Assembly: GCA_965226495.1 (NCBI GenBank)
Contig: OZ245365.1
Span: 3,584,001-3,648,000, forward strand
Source: Candidatus Marinacidobacterales bacterium
Lineage (GTDB): Bacteria > Acidobacteriota > Vicinamibacteria > Marinacidobacterales > DATDRI01
Length of the DNA stretch: 64,000 bases
Direction: 5' to 3'
A program made the translations under genes and the position numbers. Numbering within the stretch: the stretch's first letter is position 1; each line of letters opens with the position of its first letter. Of the stretch, positions 27,684-37,998 are shown piece after piece. The notes below the pieces were generated by a model. It did not search any database. It saw only the letters and a list, made by a program, of their open reading frames with translations, and had not been told where the DNA came from.

Positions 27684-29123
27684 ATGAAACAATGTTCCGT
27701 CGTCATGGCTCTTACGGTGGCGCTCGCCACCTTTGGGCTACCAAGCGGAGCTCGGTCCGCTCCCGTCCAAGCCAAGGAGCTCGATTCCCCTCGTTCCGCT
27801 TGGCTGAGAACCACCGGCCCCCTCCGCGAGACGGTCGAAGGCCACGTCGGGGAATACAAGGCTTTCATGAACCTGGCCAAGACCGAGCTGAGTTTCGTCT
27901 CCGAGGCGATCAAGATCGCGCGACAAGCCGGCTATCGGGAGCTACGAGAGGACTCCGATCTCGTTCCCGGCGCGCGTCTCTACGATGTGAATCGTGACCG
28001 GACTCTCGCACTGATCGTCGTCGGGCAGGAGGATATGCGTAACGGATTTAGAATCGTGGGTGCGCATATCGACTCCCCGCGGATCGAGGTAAAACCACGT
28101 GCCCTCTATGCGGCCGAGGAGTTCGCGCTCTTTCAAACCAACTACCACGGTGGCATCAAGACATACCAGTGGACCAACATCCCATTGGCGCTCATGGGCA
28201 GAGTCGACAAGAAAGACGGCACGACGGTTCAGATCTCGTTGGGAAACGAGCCGGGAGAACCGATCTTCATCATCCCTGATCTCTCACCCCACGTCGACCG
28301 AGATCTGCGGGAGCGTAAGAACCGTGACGTGATCGCTCACGAGGAACTGGATCCATTGGTGGGTCACGTACCCAAAGAAGGCGAAGACCTGAAAGCGGTG
28401 ATCAGCTCATTTCTCAAATCGACCTACGACATTGACGAAGATGACTTCGTCTCAGCAGAACTGGCATTGGTTCCGGCGTACCCGGCCCGCGATGTCGGCT
28501 TCGACAGAGGCTTGATGGCGATTTACGGCCAAGACGATCGTCTATCAGCCTATGCGGCGCTCCGCGCCATCATAGACACCGACGCCCCTCGCTTTACAGG
28601 AATCGCCTTCCTCGTCGACAAAGAGGAGACCGGGAGCTTCAACAACACCGGCGCCAGGTCAACCTACCTCGTGGATCTCATGAGCCGCCTCATGGCGACG
28701 AAGATGGCCGACGCATATCGGGAACGTTGGCTTCGCCAGTCGCTGCGAGCCACCAAGGCGATCTCGTCGGACGTGAATCCTGGGATCAACCCCCTTTGGC
28801 CTTCGGTTTGGGAGCCAACCAATGCTCCGCGGCTCGGCTACGGCGTCAACCTCAAGCTGTACGGTAGAGGGTTCAACGCGAACTCGGAATACATTGCCTG
28901 GATGAGAGACCTGCTCGATGGCGGACAGATCCCTTGGCAGACGGCTACTTACAAGGTCGGACGGGCCGGTGGGGGGACGATCGGCGTATTCCTTTCGGAC
29001 GATAACATGGAGGTCATCGACCTCGGCGTCCCGGTGCTATCGATTCACACGCCATACTCCATCAGCTCCAAAATAGATGTTTACTACCTCTACCGTGCAA
29101 TGCTGGCTTTCTTCTCCAAGTGA
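27684..29123 (+). CDS. M18 family aminopeptidase with signal peptide
   Basis: KTE, GAHIDSPR, YHGGIKTYQW, GQDDR, DKEETGS, SSDV, GGGTIG and SIHTP; AGGAGG RBS. Confidence 0.88.
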   Translation: MKQCSVVMALTVALATFGLPSGARSAPVQAKELDSPRSAWLRTTGPLRETVEGHVGEYKAFMNLAKTELSFVSEAIKIARQAGYRELREDSDLVPGARLYDVNRDRTLALIVVGQEDMRNGFRIVGAHIDSPRIEVKPRALYAAEEFALFQTNYHGGIKTYQWTNIPLALMGRVDKKDGTTVQISLGNEPGEPIFIIPDLSPHVDRDLRERKNRDVIAHEELDPLVGHVPKEGEDLKAVISSFLKSTYDIDEDDFVSAELALVPAYPARDVGFDRGLMAIYGQDDRLSAYAALRAIIDTDAPRFTGIAFLVDKEETGSFNNTGARSTYLVDLMSRLMATKMADAYRERWLRQSLRATKAISSDVNPGINPLWPSVWEPTNAPRLGYGVNLKLYGRGFNANSEYIAWMRDLLDGGQIPWQTATYKVGRAGGGTIGVFLSDDNMEVIDLGVPVLSIHTPYSISSKIDVYYLYRAMLAFFSK

Positions 29124-29237
29124 GGCAAGCGGCTCGGAGCTAGCGCGAAGGCGCGTGTTGGCCGCCAAAATAGGTTGTTGCCAATCCGGAGCTAGCCAGG
29201 CGGCGGGGTGGAGTCCCCGCGAGCACTGGCAGATACT

Positions 29238-30503
29238 CTACTCGGAGTCCGAGTCGCTTGCGTTCGAGTCGATGGAATCCGAGACGCCGGAATCGGTCGA
29301 CACCGCGGACGACTGCGCCAGACCTATCAGGCGACCGATCCCCTTCGATAATTTGTCCAACTCCGGGTAATCCTTTCGGTAGAGAAGGGGTGGCTTCTCA
29401 CCCCGCCCAAAAGCCTTCACATCTCGAGCGAGCTCAGACACTGGTCTTACGGTCAGGTGCCTCGCCAGAACCACAGCGGTATAAGCCCACCCCACAATAA
29501 GTGGCAAGCCAGCAAGAACTGCGACCAGCGCAGAGTTGGTTCTCAGGGCGATGATCGCCAGAATGGACGTCACGATCAATCCAACGCCGGAAAGAACTAG
29601 GATGAATTTCGTCTCCCAGCTGAGCAAAGCATACTGCTCCGCTGCTCGAGACATGAATGCCTCCGCGGCACGGCGGGAATTCGCCAATTGGGCCAGTCGG
29701 CCCCTGACGGAACTGGCGAACGGCTCCGGCTCGGGAACCAACAGCGGTGCCTCCGCGACCGGAGCCAAGGTAGCTGCTTCTCCCGCGAAGTATCGAGTTT
29801 CGTCTACTTCACCCTCACCCGCGGGTGACTTTCCACTACCACTCAACACGACGGTGGCGGAGCTTTCCTCCGATTCGGCCAACTCAGTAGGCCCCTTGGC
29901 CAGAACGACCGTCCCCGAGCTTTCCTCTGACTCGGCAAAATCAGTAGGCTTGGCAAGGTCCTTGGCCAACACAACAGTCTGGGAGCCGTCATTGACGTCG
30001 GGCGAACCTGGCGAGTCTGGGGCTAGCATGACGGTCTGGTCCGCCGTGGGTTCGCCTTCAGCCAGAACCACGGTCGCATCGTCGTGACTCACGCTGGCTT
30101 CACCTTGGGCCGGCTCACCGGTTCCGGGCGCGACGGTCTTGTCTGTTTGGTGAGCCGGCAAGATGATGGTTGGATCTTCACTCTCCAAGGTTTCCGGCTC
30201 GAGATCCGCCGGTGAGCCGTCTTCTTGGAACGCGATCTCGAGGCCACCCAACCGGATGGCGTCACCGGCTCGGAGCAAACGCTCGTCGACCTTCTCCTCG
30301 TTCACCCACATCCCGTTGCGACTTCCCAAGTCGACGAGCCTTACGCCATCCGGGCCAGGCTCGATGCGGGCGTGCCGGCGGGAGAGCTTCTGGTTCACGA
30401 AGAACAGATCACAGTTGGGGTCGCGGCCGATGACGATCGCCGAATCGCCGATCTCGTGACTCGTCGTCCAGTCACCGTTGGTGATGATAATTCGTTTTCC
30501 CAC
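29238..30503 (-). CDS. FHA-domain membrane protein with Thr-rich repeats and HAMP-like tail
   Basis: IGRDP...LSRRHA...DLGSRNG; acidic linker with repeated TVVL; two TM helices; GTG start at 30503 with GGAG RBS. Confidence 0.85.
   Translation of the reverse strand: MGKRIIITNGDWTTSHEIGDSAIVIGRDPNCDLFFVNQKLSRRHARIEPGPDGVRLVDLGSRNGMWVNEEKVDERLLRAGDAIRLGGLEIAFQEDGSPADLEPETLESEDPTIILPAHQTDKTVAPGTGEPAQGEASVSHDDATVVLAEGEPTADQTVMLAPDSPGSPDVNDGSQTVVLAKDLAKPTDFAESEESSGTVVLAKGPTELAESEESSATVVLSGSGKSPAGEGEVDETRYFAGEAATLAPVAEAPLLVPEPEPFASSVRGRLAQLANSRRAAEAFMSRAAEQYALLSWETKFILVLSGVGLIVTSILAIIALRTNSALVAVLAGLPLIVGWAYTAVVLARHLTVRPVSELARDVKAFGRGEKPPLLYRKDYPELDKLSKGIGRLIGLAQSSAVSTDSGVSDSIDSNASDSDSE
29845..29978. 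repeat. Intragenic tandem duplication (PTxxAESEESSxTVVL)
   Basis: TVVLAKDLAKPTDFAESEESSG / TVVLAKGPTELAESEESSA / TVVL. Confidence 0.75.
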
Positions 30504-30695
30504 ACCGAGATCTCCGGCTGCCCGGACCGCCGAAGCAAGCTCGCGGTACGGTACTCGATTGAGGCACGGTGGATCTAAACCGAAGCGAGGCACGAAATCA
30601 ACCGACGCCTGGCGGGTCCTCTCGTGGCAACCACCTATTTGGGCGTCCAGCACGGTGGGAAGTAACGCCTGGCAAGGGGGCGCCAGGCTAAGCCG

Positions 30696-32915
30696 TCACT
30701 GGCCGAGTTCGCGGAGTTTCCACTCCGCCAGCGGCGTCACCCGCGGGCCGTCGTTCGATTGGACGGTCGCCTCGGGAAATTGAAGCGCCTCTCGGAACAT
30801 ACGGGCAGCCTCGGCTTTCTCCTCGAGCCGCTGATAGCAAACCCCGGTATAATAGTAGACCGTCCCCTGTGATATCCCCGGCTCGGCAGGGAGCGTTATC
30901 CGAGGCAGGTGCTCCTTGAGGGCCGTTTCGTAGTTTCCCAGCGCCATGTGACAAAGCGCCAGATTGAGGCGCGCCAGTGGCTCGCTCGACGGCTCCACAA
31001 CCAGCCGATGCCTGAGATCGATGATCGCCTTGTTGTAGAGGAACCCAGCTCGTTTCATAGGAATCTCCAACGGCGTCGTGCCCACGGAGATTTGCGCATC
31101 CCGAGAAGCCCCCTGCCTCTGGAATCTTATCGACAAGGTGTCACCCGGCTCTTTCGCCGCGACTTTCTGCAATAGTGTCAGCGTATCCTCGATCGGGTCG
31201 CCGTCGACATCCACGATCATATCCCCGAGTTCGACACCAGCTTGAGCGGCCGGTCCGTTGGAACCAACCTTGAGTACGGTGGGCCCGCCGCTGAGGAGAG
31301 TGTCTACGCTTTGAAGACCGATCCAGCTACCGTGGATTGGAGTCGAGCCGGACAGCAACTCCACGAAAGCGGGCATCGCTGCACGATCGAGATAGTTGAG
31401 AGCATAGGTATCCGGCGCGGTGGACCCCGTGGCCAGCAGGTTGAAGACGACGTCCTTCGTTAACTTTTGTGCTGGGACGTAACCAACCAACAAGGCTTCT
31501 ACTTCGAGCGACTCGCCGACCTTGTCCGACAGATCGCGAACCCGCTCCGGGTCTGCCTGTGAATGATCCCCGGCGACCTCTTTGGACACGAACGTCATGA
31601 GCCCGTCCCGCCCCAGGAGGTCCATCGCCTGTTCAGTCGACACCTGTATGAGATTCATCGCCGTGAGCTTCTGAAGCTCTACTGTTACATTCTTCCGAAC
31701 GTCGTCCAGATCTCGGTCCGAAACTCCGGGTTCGGCGACTATGCCGAAAAAGGCGAGGCTCGGGCGAATCGGGCATTCCAGTGACAAGTCCTCGTCCTTG
31801 CTCAGGTCGATGTCTTCGACGTACTTACCGGTCGGGTGCTTGACCTCTACGCGATGAGGACCGGAACAGACCCGGCTGAGGTCGAGGGGCGTGTTGCCCT
31901 TGTACTCTCCATCGATGAATACGCGCGCGCCGTCCGGGTTGCTGGTCAGCCTCAACTGCCCAATCGAATCCTCCAGCCGGATGATCTGAGCCGTATAGTC
32001 CTTGGGCTCTTCGGCCTCGAACGCGATCTGTACCGATTCATAGCAGTCCCGGCGAAACTGTATGGTGTGCCGACCGACCGGAAGCGCGGCCAGATCAAAA
32101 GGCGCGGAAAGCTGCTCGACGTCGTACGCGGCGGGCATGAAAGTGCGAAGGTCACGAGGGAGGTTCCCGGCGGTCTTTCCGACGAGCTCGTCGTCGACCC
32201 AGACTTCGACGTCGGAAGGCTGGGTGATGATCGGAAGCTTGGCGCTGTTACGAATCAGTGTTACGTCGATAGTCCTAGTCTCGCCAGGTAGAATATTCAC
32301 CTCTTCTCTGGAGATCGGATCGTGCCCTACGAGCTCGATGTCTACCGCTGCCAAACCGGTATGCACCTCGACCGGGAAGAAATTGGTGATTCCCACGAAG
32401 TCACCATTCACGGTAACCCGGGCTCCAGCAGGTTCAGAGTTCACGGCGATGTACCCGACCAACTGCTTCTTCTGATCTTCGAAGAAGTCGATAATTTTCG
32501 GCGAGAGCTCTTCCTGATCGAGGCCGTAGCGGGGATTGGCGAGAATGAGCTGCCGGAAGTCATCGGCCGCCCCTTGCTGCTGGCCGGCATTGAAAGACGC
32601 CCGCGCCCGGTGCTCGAAGCATTGTTGCTGCAACCCCTTCAATTCGTCTGAGACTTGCTCCCGCATGCGTCGCTCGTCATCGATCGCCTGGATGATTTGA
32701 GAAAGGAATTCGATGGACTGCGACTGCCGCTGCGGATCCTGAAACAACTCCATCGCTTCGGAGTATTGCTGCGAGAGCTGGAACAGGAGCTCCTGGTCCC
32801 CGACCGAGACTTCTTCTTGGATCGGCGCCAGGCCGAGCATCGCGAGCGCGGCAAGCACCAGTAGTGGGTGTCTACCGAGTCTATTTGAACCGGATAACCG
32901 TCTTCGCCTTATCAT
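30696..32915 (-). CDS. Secreted TPR + PEGA + PDZ protein
   Basis: Signal peptide; PEGA repeats (SEPAGARVTVNG, TQPSDVEVWVD, SNPDGARVFIDG); PDZ GPAAQAGVELGDMIVDVDG; C-terminal TPR. Start uncertain. Confidence 0.82.
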   Translation of the reverse strand: MIRRRRLSGSNRLGRHPLLVLAALAMLGLAPIQEEVSVGDQELLFQLSQQYSEAMELFQDPQRQSQSIEFLSQIIQAIDDERRMREQVSDELKGLQQQCFEHRARASFNAGQQQGAADDFRQLILANPRYGLDQEELSPKIIDFFEDQKKQLVGYIAVNSEPAGARVTVNGDFVGITNFFPVEVHTGLAAVDIELVGHDPISREEVNILPGETRTIDVTLIRNSAKLPIITQPSDVEVWVDDELVGKTAGNLPRDLRTFMPAAYDVEQLSAPFDLAALPVGRHTIQFRRDCYESVQIAFEAEEPKDYTAQIIRLEDSIGQLRLTSNPDGARVFIDGEYKGNTPLDLSRVCSGPHRVEVKHPTGKYVEDIDLSKDEDLSLECPIRPSLAFFGIVAEPGVSDRDLDDVRKNVTVELQKLTAMNLIQVSTEQAMDLLGRDGLMTFVSKEVAGDHSQADPERVRDLSDKVGESLEVEALLVGYVPAQKLTKDVVFNLLATGSTAPDTYALNYLDRAAMPAFVELLSGSTPIHGSWIGLQSVDTLLSGGPTVLKVGSNGPAAQAGVELGDMIVDVDGDPIEDTLTLLQKVAAKEPGDTLSIRFQRQGASRDAQISVGTTPLEIPMKRAGFLYNKAIIDLRHRLVVEPSSEPLARLNLALCHMALGNYETALKEHLPRITLPAEPGISQGTVYYYTGVCYQRLEEKAEAARMFREALQFPEATVQSNDGPRVTPLAEWKLRELGQ

Positions 32916-34386
32916 CGTAAACATAAAGGGCTCCAGAGCCGTCCACATCCAACGTCGTGGGCTTGCCGAGCGCACCACCGCCCAAATTGCTGGGGGACAG
33001 AAGCGCGACGAACTGGTACGAGGGATCGAAAACCACCACTTGTCCCGAGTCTTGGTCGAGGAGATAAATATACCCGGCCCCTCCAACCGCGACATCGACC
33101 GGTTTCTTGAGATCCCATTTCGCGCCGCGTTTCTGCAGGCGGGCGGTCCGGACGCCATCGGGAGTAAAGACCTCCACACTCCGATCCTTCTTGTTCATGA
33201 TCATGATATTTCCAGAGCTATCGACCTCCAGAAGGAGCACTTCCCGAGGTGTCGAGTCGGGGAACGGACCCTTGACGGTCCCGCTGGGATCGAAACGAAG
33301 TACTTTACGCTGGCTCTCGTCGTAAACGTAGAGGTCGCCGAACCGATCCCTGGTCGCCGCCGCAATCTTCTCCAATGGCTTCGGCCCCTTCTCGTCCGGG
33401 ACCTTGAGCACCGTGGCACGGCCACCGATGATCACCGCTTTCTGGTTCGCTACCACGAGGGTGCCCTGGGGGTCGATCGATAGCGTCTTTGGGGCGGCCG
33501 CAGCCTGGGTGCCGGTGAGCTTACCGGTGGCATCGAAGGTAGCGACTCGCTTGTTTCCCTTCTCCAATACGTGGATACCGCTCGGAGACAGACGCACCGC
33601 CAGTACGTCCTTGAATTTTTGAACCTGAGGACGGAAAGTGGCATCTTTTTGAAAGGAAATCGGCCGGCCGAACCGAGGATTAGCATAGACCCGGAACACC
33701 AGCGTCAGCAGATCGAGTGCCTCGGTAGCCTCGGCGGCATCGGGATACTCGTTTCGTGCCCGTTGTAACTCGAGCATCCCCTGAAACGGATCGCCCAATC
33801 GCACCGTACTGCGACCGATAGCCACCTGGGCAGCGGGAGCTGAGCTCGAGTTGGCGTGCTCACTGACCACCTGGGAATAGACGTCCACCGCCTCCTGCCA
33901 CCGTCCCAAACGTTCGAGGGCGAGACCAGTCGCGGTAAGGGCGGCAGGAACGAACTCGCTCTGCGGGTAGAGGCGGATCACGCGTTGAAAATTTGCCATC
34001 GCGTCGTCCAGGCTCTTGCCACTGCGGTCGGATCGAAGAGCCACCAGCCCTAGGTGAAGGTACGCGCCGGGGGCTTTGTCGCCTGTCGGATAGCGTTGCA
34101 ATAGGGCGTCGAAGTTCTGTCGCGCCTTATCGAAATCCTTCTCGACATCCAAGTAGTACTGGCCGATGTGAAGCATGGCGTCATCCGCATAGTCGGTGTC
34201 GGCCATCGAAGTGACGATGATTTGAAAATCGTTAAGGGCCTGCTTGTACCGCTCCTGGTCGTAAAACTGCAGACCGCTCTCCAAGTGCTGGCGGGCGATA
34301 TCTGAAGACCCTCCCTGGGCCGAGGCGGCCGAAACCGCACCGAGCCAGCTAAGGACAACGAACTCAGCTATGTAATTCATCCGCAT
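32881..34386 (-). CDS. Secreted TPR (BamD/CpoB-like) + NHL beta-propeller protein
   Basis: Signal peptide; YP-containing TPRs (RYPTGDKAPGA, LYPQSEFVPAA); NHL blades (DRFGDLYVYD, DGSGALYVYD). Confidence 0.85.
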   Translation of the reverse strand: MRMNYIAEFVVLSWLGAVSAASAQGGSSDIARQHLESGLQFYDQERYKQALNDFQIIVTSMADTDYADDAMLHIGQYYLDVEKDFDKARQNFDALLQRYPTGDKAPGAYLHLGLVALRSDRSGKSLDDAMANFQRVIRLYPQSEFVPAALTATGLALERLGRWQEAVDVYSQVVSEHANSSSAPAAQVAIGRSTVRLGDPFQGMLELQRARNEYPDAAEATEALDLLTLVFRVYANPRFGRPISFQKDATFRPQVQKFKDVLAVRLSPSGIHVLEKGNKRVATFDATGKLTGTQAAAAPKTLSIDPQGTLVVANQKAVIIGGRATVLKVPDEKGPKPLEKIAAATRDRFGDLYVYDESQRKVLRFDPSGTVKGPFPDSTPREVLLLEVDSSGNIMIMNKKDRSVEVFTPDGVRTARLQKRGAKWDLKKPVDVAVGGAGYIYLLDQDSGQVVVFDPSYQFVALLSPSNLGGGALGKPTTLDVDGSGALYVYDDKAKTVIRFK

Positions 34387-34396
34387 GAAGAACCCT

Positions 34397-36536
34397 CTAG
34401 CGCCTCCGCCCGGTCACGTATTTGGTCTCTCCGAGCACCACATTTTCCTTATACTCTCTCGTTGCGCCCGGCCACTCGAACAGAAATGTATGTTGGCCCA
34501 CCACGATCGCCTTGCTGTCGAACGGGGGAGCCTCGGTAGCGATACCGTCGACTATCAGGGTGCAGTTACCCGGGAACGCACGCACTGAGAACTTTGCCAA
34601 CGCCGGCGCGTCGATGGTCGTCGTCTCCCCTTGTTTGATTTCCGCCGTGACCGTTCGGTTCAAGAACACATCGCGAGCGACTAGACTAACCTCGTACCGC
34701 CCCGGCATCAACTTGACCGAAGGCGAAGCGGACCCGCTGGCCACTGAACGGCCGCCTCGGACCACGGATAAAGGGTAAGCGCTTCGAACCAAGAGTGTGC
34801 CCGGCCTTCCCACTGGCGATAACACAATTTCGTTCGTGGACACCTCCTCGCCAGGCAGGATCTTGATGGTCTGCTGGACGAAGCCGGCTTTGTCGATGAT
34901 CAACTCGTGCCCGTCAGCGGCCGGCACCTCCAGATCGAGCGGAGTCACTCCCGCTACCTCTTCACCGTCGAGATGGATCGTGGCGCCGGTCGGCTCCGTG
35001 CTGACGCTAAGGCTTCGCATCACCTGCTGCAGGGTCAGCTCGATCGGCGACAGCGGTTCCTCTCCCAGAACCAGCGTTGCCTGAGCACTCGAGTAGCCGG
35101 CGAGGCGTAGCTCGACCGAGACCTCGTCTTCCTCTTTCCCTTGGATAGGAACTTCTACGACCCCGATGTCACTCGTCACGCGGCCGGTATCGGCGCCATT
35201 GACTAAGATCAGGGCTCCCGGGGGGCTCCGAAGTCACACGAAGCGTCTGAGACACCTCTCGCGGACCCATGAGGTCAGGCAAGACGAACCACCCGAGCGA
35301 GACCACGACCACGGTGAGGAGCGTAAAAACCAGCGGCCAAACCAACGGGTTGCGCCGCGTTTTGAGAACGGTCGGAGGTTGCTCTGCCCCCATCTCGGTC
35401 GGCGGAACAATCGGTTCCTTGCCGGTGGCCGAATCTCGACCCTGCCCGTAGAGAAACTCGAACTCCCTCGATATCTCGGCGAGTTGTCTCGTCCTCTCGT
35501 CGGGGGTGGCCCGCCGCTCCTCCTCTTCCTGTTGAAGCTGCCGCAAGCCAGTCCGAAGAGCCTTGTGCGGGCCCTCGAGAGCGGGATTCTGCGTTACCAG
35601 AGTCTTAGCGAGCGGGACCACCTCGGTCCAGCGACCCGCCCGACGCATCGCCTCCAACTCGTTCAGCCGTTCCTGCAGCTCGGAGCTGGGGCGAGCCAGC
35701 GTCTTTCTGTAAACCTCCAAGAGTTTTTCGAGGTCTGTAGCCATTTCGCCGGCGCTCCGATACCGATCGTCGGGCTTTTTCGCCAAAGCCTTGGAGAGGA
35801 TGGCCTCGATCTCTTGGGGAAGCTCCGGACTATTCCTCAGGATCTGTGGCGTGGGCTCGTTGACGATTTGGTACAAGATGGAAGTGGCGGATTCCGCCAC
35901 GAAGGGCCGAGCGCCGGCGAGGATCTCGTAGAGAATACAGCCGGTGGAGAAGATGTCGGACCTCCCGTCGAGCTTCACGCCCCGGACCTGCTCCGGCGAC
36001 ATATAGTGGATCGTGCCCACCATCATGCCGCTCTTCGTGATCTGGGTCTCGCCCTCGATCCGCGCGATGCCGAAGTCCATGATCTTGACCGTGCCATCGT
36101 CCATCCATCGCACGTTGGATGGCTTCATGTCACGGTGAACGACCCGCTTCTGGTGAGCGTAGTCGAGGGCCTTGCAAAGCTGTATCGTGATGTCCAATGC
36201 CTCGGAGAAAGGGATGGTTTTTTCCGTGTGGATCAAGCCGGCCAGATCCGCGCCCTCGAGATACTCCATGACGATGTAGGGTTTTTCGTTGCCGCCGAAG
36301 TTCCCCAGTTCGTAGATGGTCACGATGTTCGGGTGTTGGAGCTGCGCCGCCGCCCGGGCTTCCCGCTCGAACCGCTCGCGAGAGTCCGCGTCGGCGAGGG
36401 CGTCCGAGGTCAAAGTCTTGATCGCGACGCTCCGGTTGAGTCGAGGGTCATAGCCTTCGTAGACGTAGCCCATTCCCCCACGGCCTACCCGCCTCAGGAC
36501 TCGGAACTTGCCTATTCGTGGCTCGGGTGAATCCAT
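34397..36536 (-). CDS. Membrane Ser/Thr protein kinase with extracytoplasmic PEGA domains (+1 frameshift at 35220-35225)
   Basis: GRGGMG, VAIK, HRDMKPSN, DFGIA and YMSPEQ; TM; removing one base of the G6 run gives SEPPGALILVNGADTGRVTSDI, joining ORF 34397..35179. Confidence 0.88.
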
Positions 36537-36578
36537 GTCTTGGTGTCTATTCAGGAATCCGACGGTCGACCCAACCGT

Positions 36579-37376
36579 TCAAGAAGCACTATCATCTTCA
36601 TTACCGCTGAAAGATAGCGCGATGGTAGTAATGTTGTCTTCTCCACCGGACTCGTTGGCCGCGTCGATCAGCTCACGAACGACTTCGTTCACTTGGAGCC
36701 CCCCAGCTTTCACAACCTCCAGGATTTCGCCGTCCTCTACCATGGACGTAAGCCCATCAGAGCAGATCAGCAACATGTCGCCGGCTTGAAGATCCAGCAC
36801 CTGTAGGTCAATCTCTAACCCTTCCTTCCCTCCCAGCGCCCGAGTGACGACGTTGCGTAGTGGGTGGGTCCGCGCCTGCTCGCTATCGATGAGCCCCGAC
36901 ATCACTTGCTCGTTGACCCAAGAGTGATCGCTGGTGACTTGGCGAATTGTGTCGTCGCGAATTAGATAGACACGGCTATCTCCGACATGAGCGATGTGAG
37001 CTTGGTCTTTCTCGAGCAGAACCGCGGCAACCGTGGTAGCCATGCCCTCGCACTCCGCGCTTTCCTGAACCCTCTCCAGCAGCTTCCGGTTCGCAAAGCG
37101 GATGGCGGTCTTCAGGCGGTTTCCGCTCAAGGAGAGCTTTTCGTCGAGCCCGAAAGGCCACGTGATGTCAGCGTCAGAGCTGGTGAGCTTGATGAACTCT
37201 TCGATCGTTTCAGTTGCAAGCTCCGAAGCCACTTCCCCCGCCGCGTGGCCTCCCATCCCGTCGGCCACAACGTAAAGGCCTTCCTTAGCGTTGGCGCAAT
37301 AGTTGTCCTCGTTCGACTTTCGCTTGCGCCCTACATCGGAAATCGAGCCGCAATCGACCCGCATACCCGAGGACAC
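36579..37376 (-). CDS. PP2C-type Ser/Thr phosphatase (Stp1/PrpC family)
   Basis: SDVGRKRKSNED, VADGMGGHAAGEVAS, HVGDSRVY, RNVVTRALG, CSDGL and GGEDNIT. Confidence 0.95.
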   Translation of the reverse strand: MSSGMRVDCGSISDVGRKRKSNEDNYCANAKEGLYVVADGMGGHAAGEVASELATETIEEFIKLTSSDADITWPFGLDEKLSLSGNRLKTAIRFANRKLLERVQESAECEGMATTVAAVLLEKDQAHIAHVGDSRVYLIRDDTIRQVTSDHSWVNEQVMSGLIDSEQARTHPLRNVVTRALGGKEGLEIDLQVLDLQAGDMLLICSDGLTSMVEDGEILEVVKAGGLQVNEVVRELIDAANESGGEDNITTIALSFSGNEDDSAS

Positions 37377-37988
37377 CTACTTTCTCCGGGCTTTGTCCGC
37401 CGCGGCGGTCGCCTGGGACACGTGCTGCTTTAGCTCTGGATCGTTAGGTAACTGCTGGAGCCCCGACTCATAGATGCGCCGGGCCCTGGTGGGAAGCCCG
37501 GACTTTTCAAGCAACTCACCGAGTTCCAGATAGAACTCCCTACGCTTAGGATCCTGTTGGATGGCCTTGTTATAGAGTTCCGTGGCCTGACGCGCCTTGG
37601 AACCATCGGTGGCCATGACCCGCGCCGCCGAACCCGTATAGAGTGCGCTCTCCGGAACCAGACGGCTGGCCTCGAAGAAGAACTTCATCGCCTCGTTGTA
37701 GTCCTTCAGCTCTTCGCGCATGGCGCCGTTCTTATAATACCGCTCTGCCTGTTCCTTGGGTGGCAACGATTCGCGGGCAATCTCTTGGTCGTACTCACGC
37801 CGCAGCTTCTCATCTCGAAGGTGGTTGTACGACTCGTTGATTCGCTGAATCGTCTCCTCCGCTTGCGTACGCTTCTCCGGATCTTGAAACCGATCGGGAT
37901 GATTCTCGCGGGCCAGCTTCATGTACGCCTCTTTGATCTGAGAGCGGCTCGCTGTCTTCGGTACGCCAAGAATCGCGTAATAGTCCAT
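37377..37988 (-). CDS. J-domain + TPR protein
   Basis: DYYAILGV...HPD...INESY..L.D..R..YD; TPRs. Confidence 0.9.
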   Translation of the reverse strand: MDYYAILGVPKTASRSQIKEAYMKLARENHPDRFQDPEKRTQAEETIQRINESYNHLRDEKLRREYDQEIARESLPPKEQAERYYKNGAMREELKDYNEAMKFFFEASRLVPESALYTGSAARVMATDGSKARQATELYNKAIQQDPKRREFYLELGELLEKSGLPTRARRIYESGLQQLPNDPELKQHVSQATAAADKARRK

Positions 37989-37998
37989 GCCTTTACCT

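Noticed and set aside
35166-36530. 454-aa plus-strand ORF
   Set aside because: Antisense shadow of the Ser/Thr kinase, typical of high-GC codon bias.
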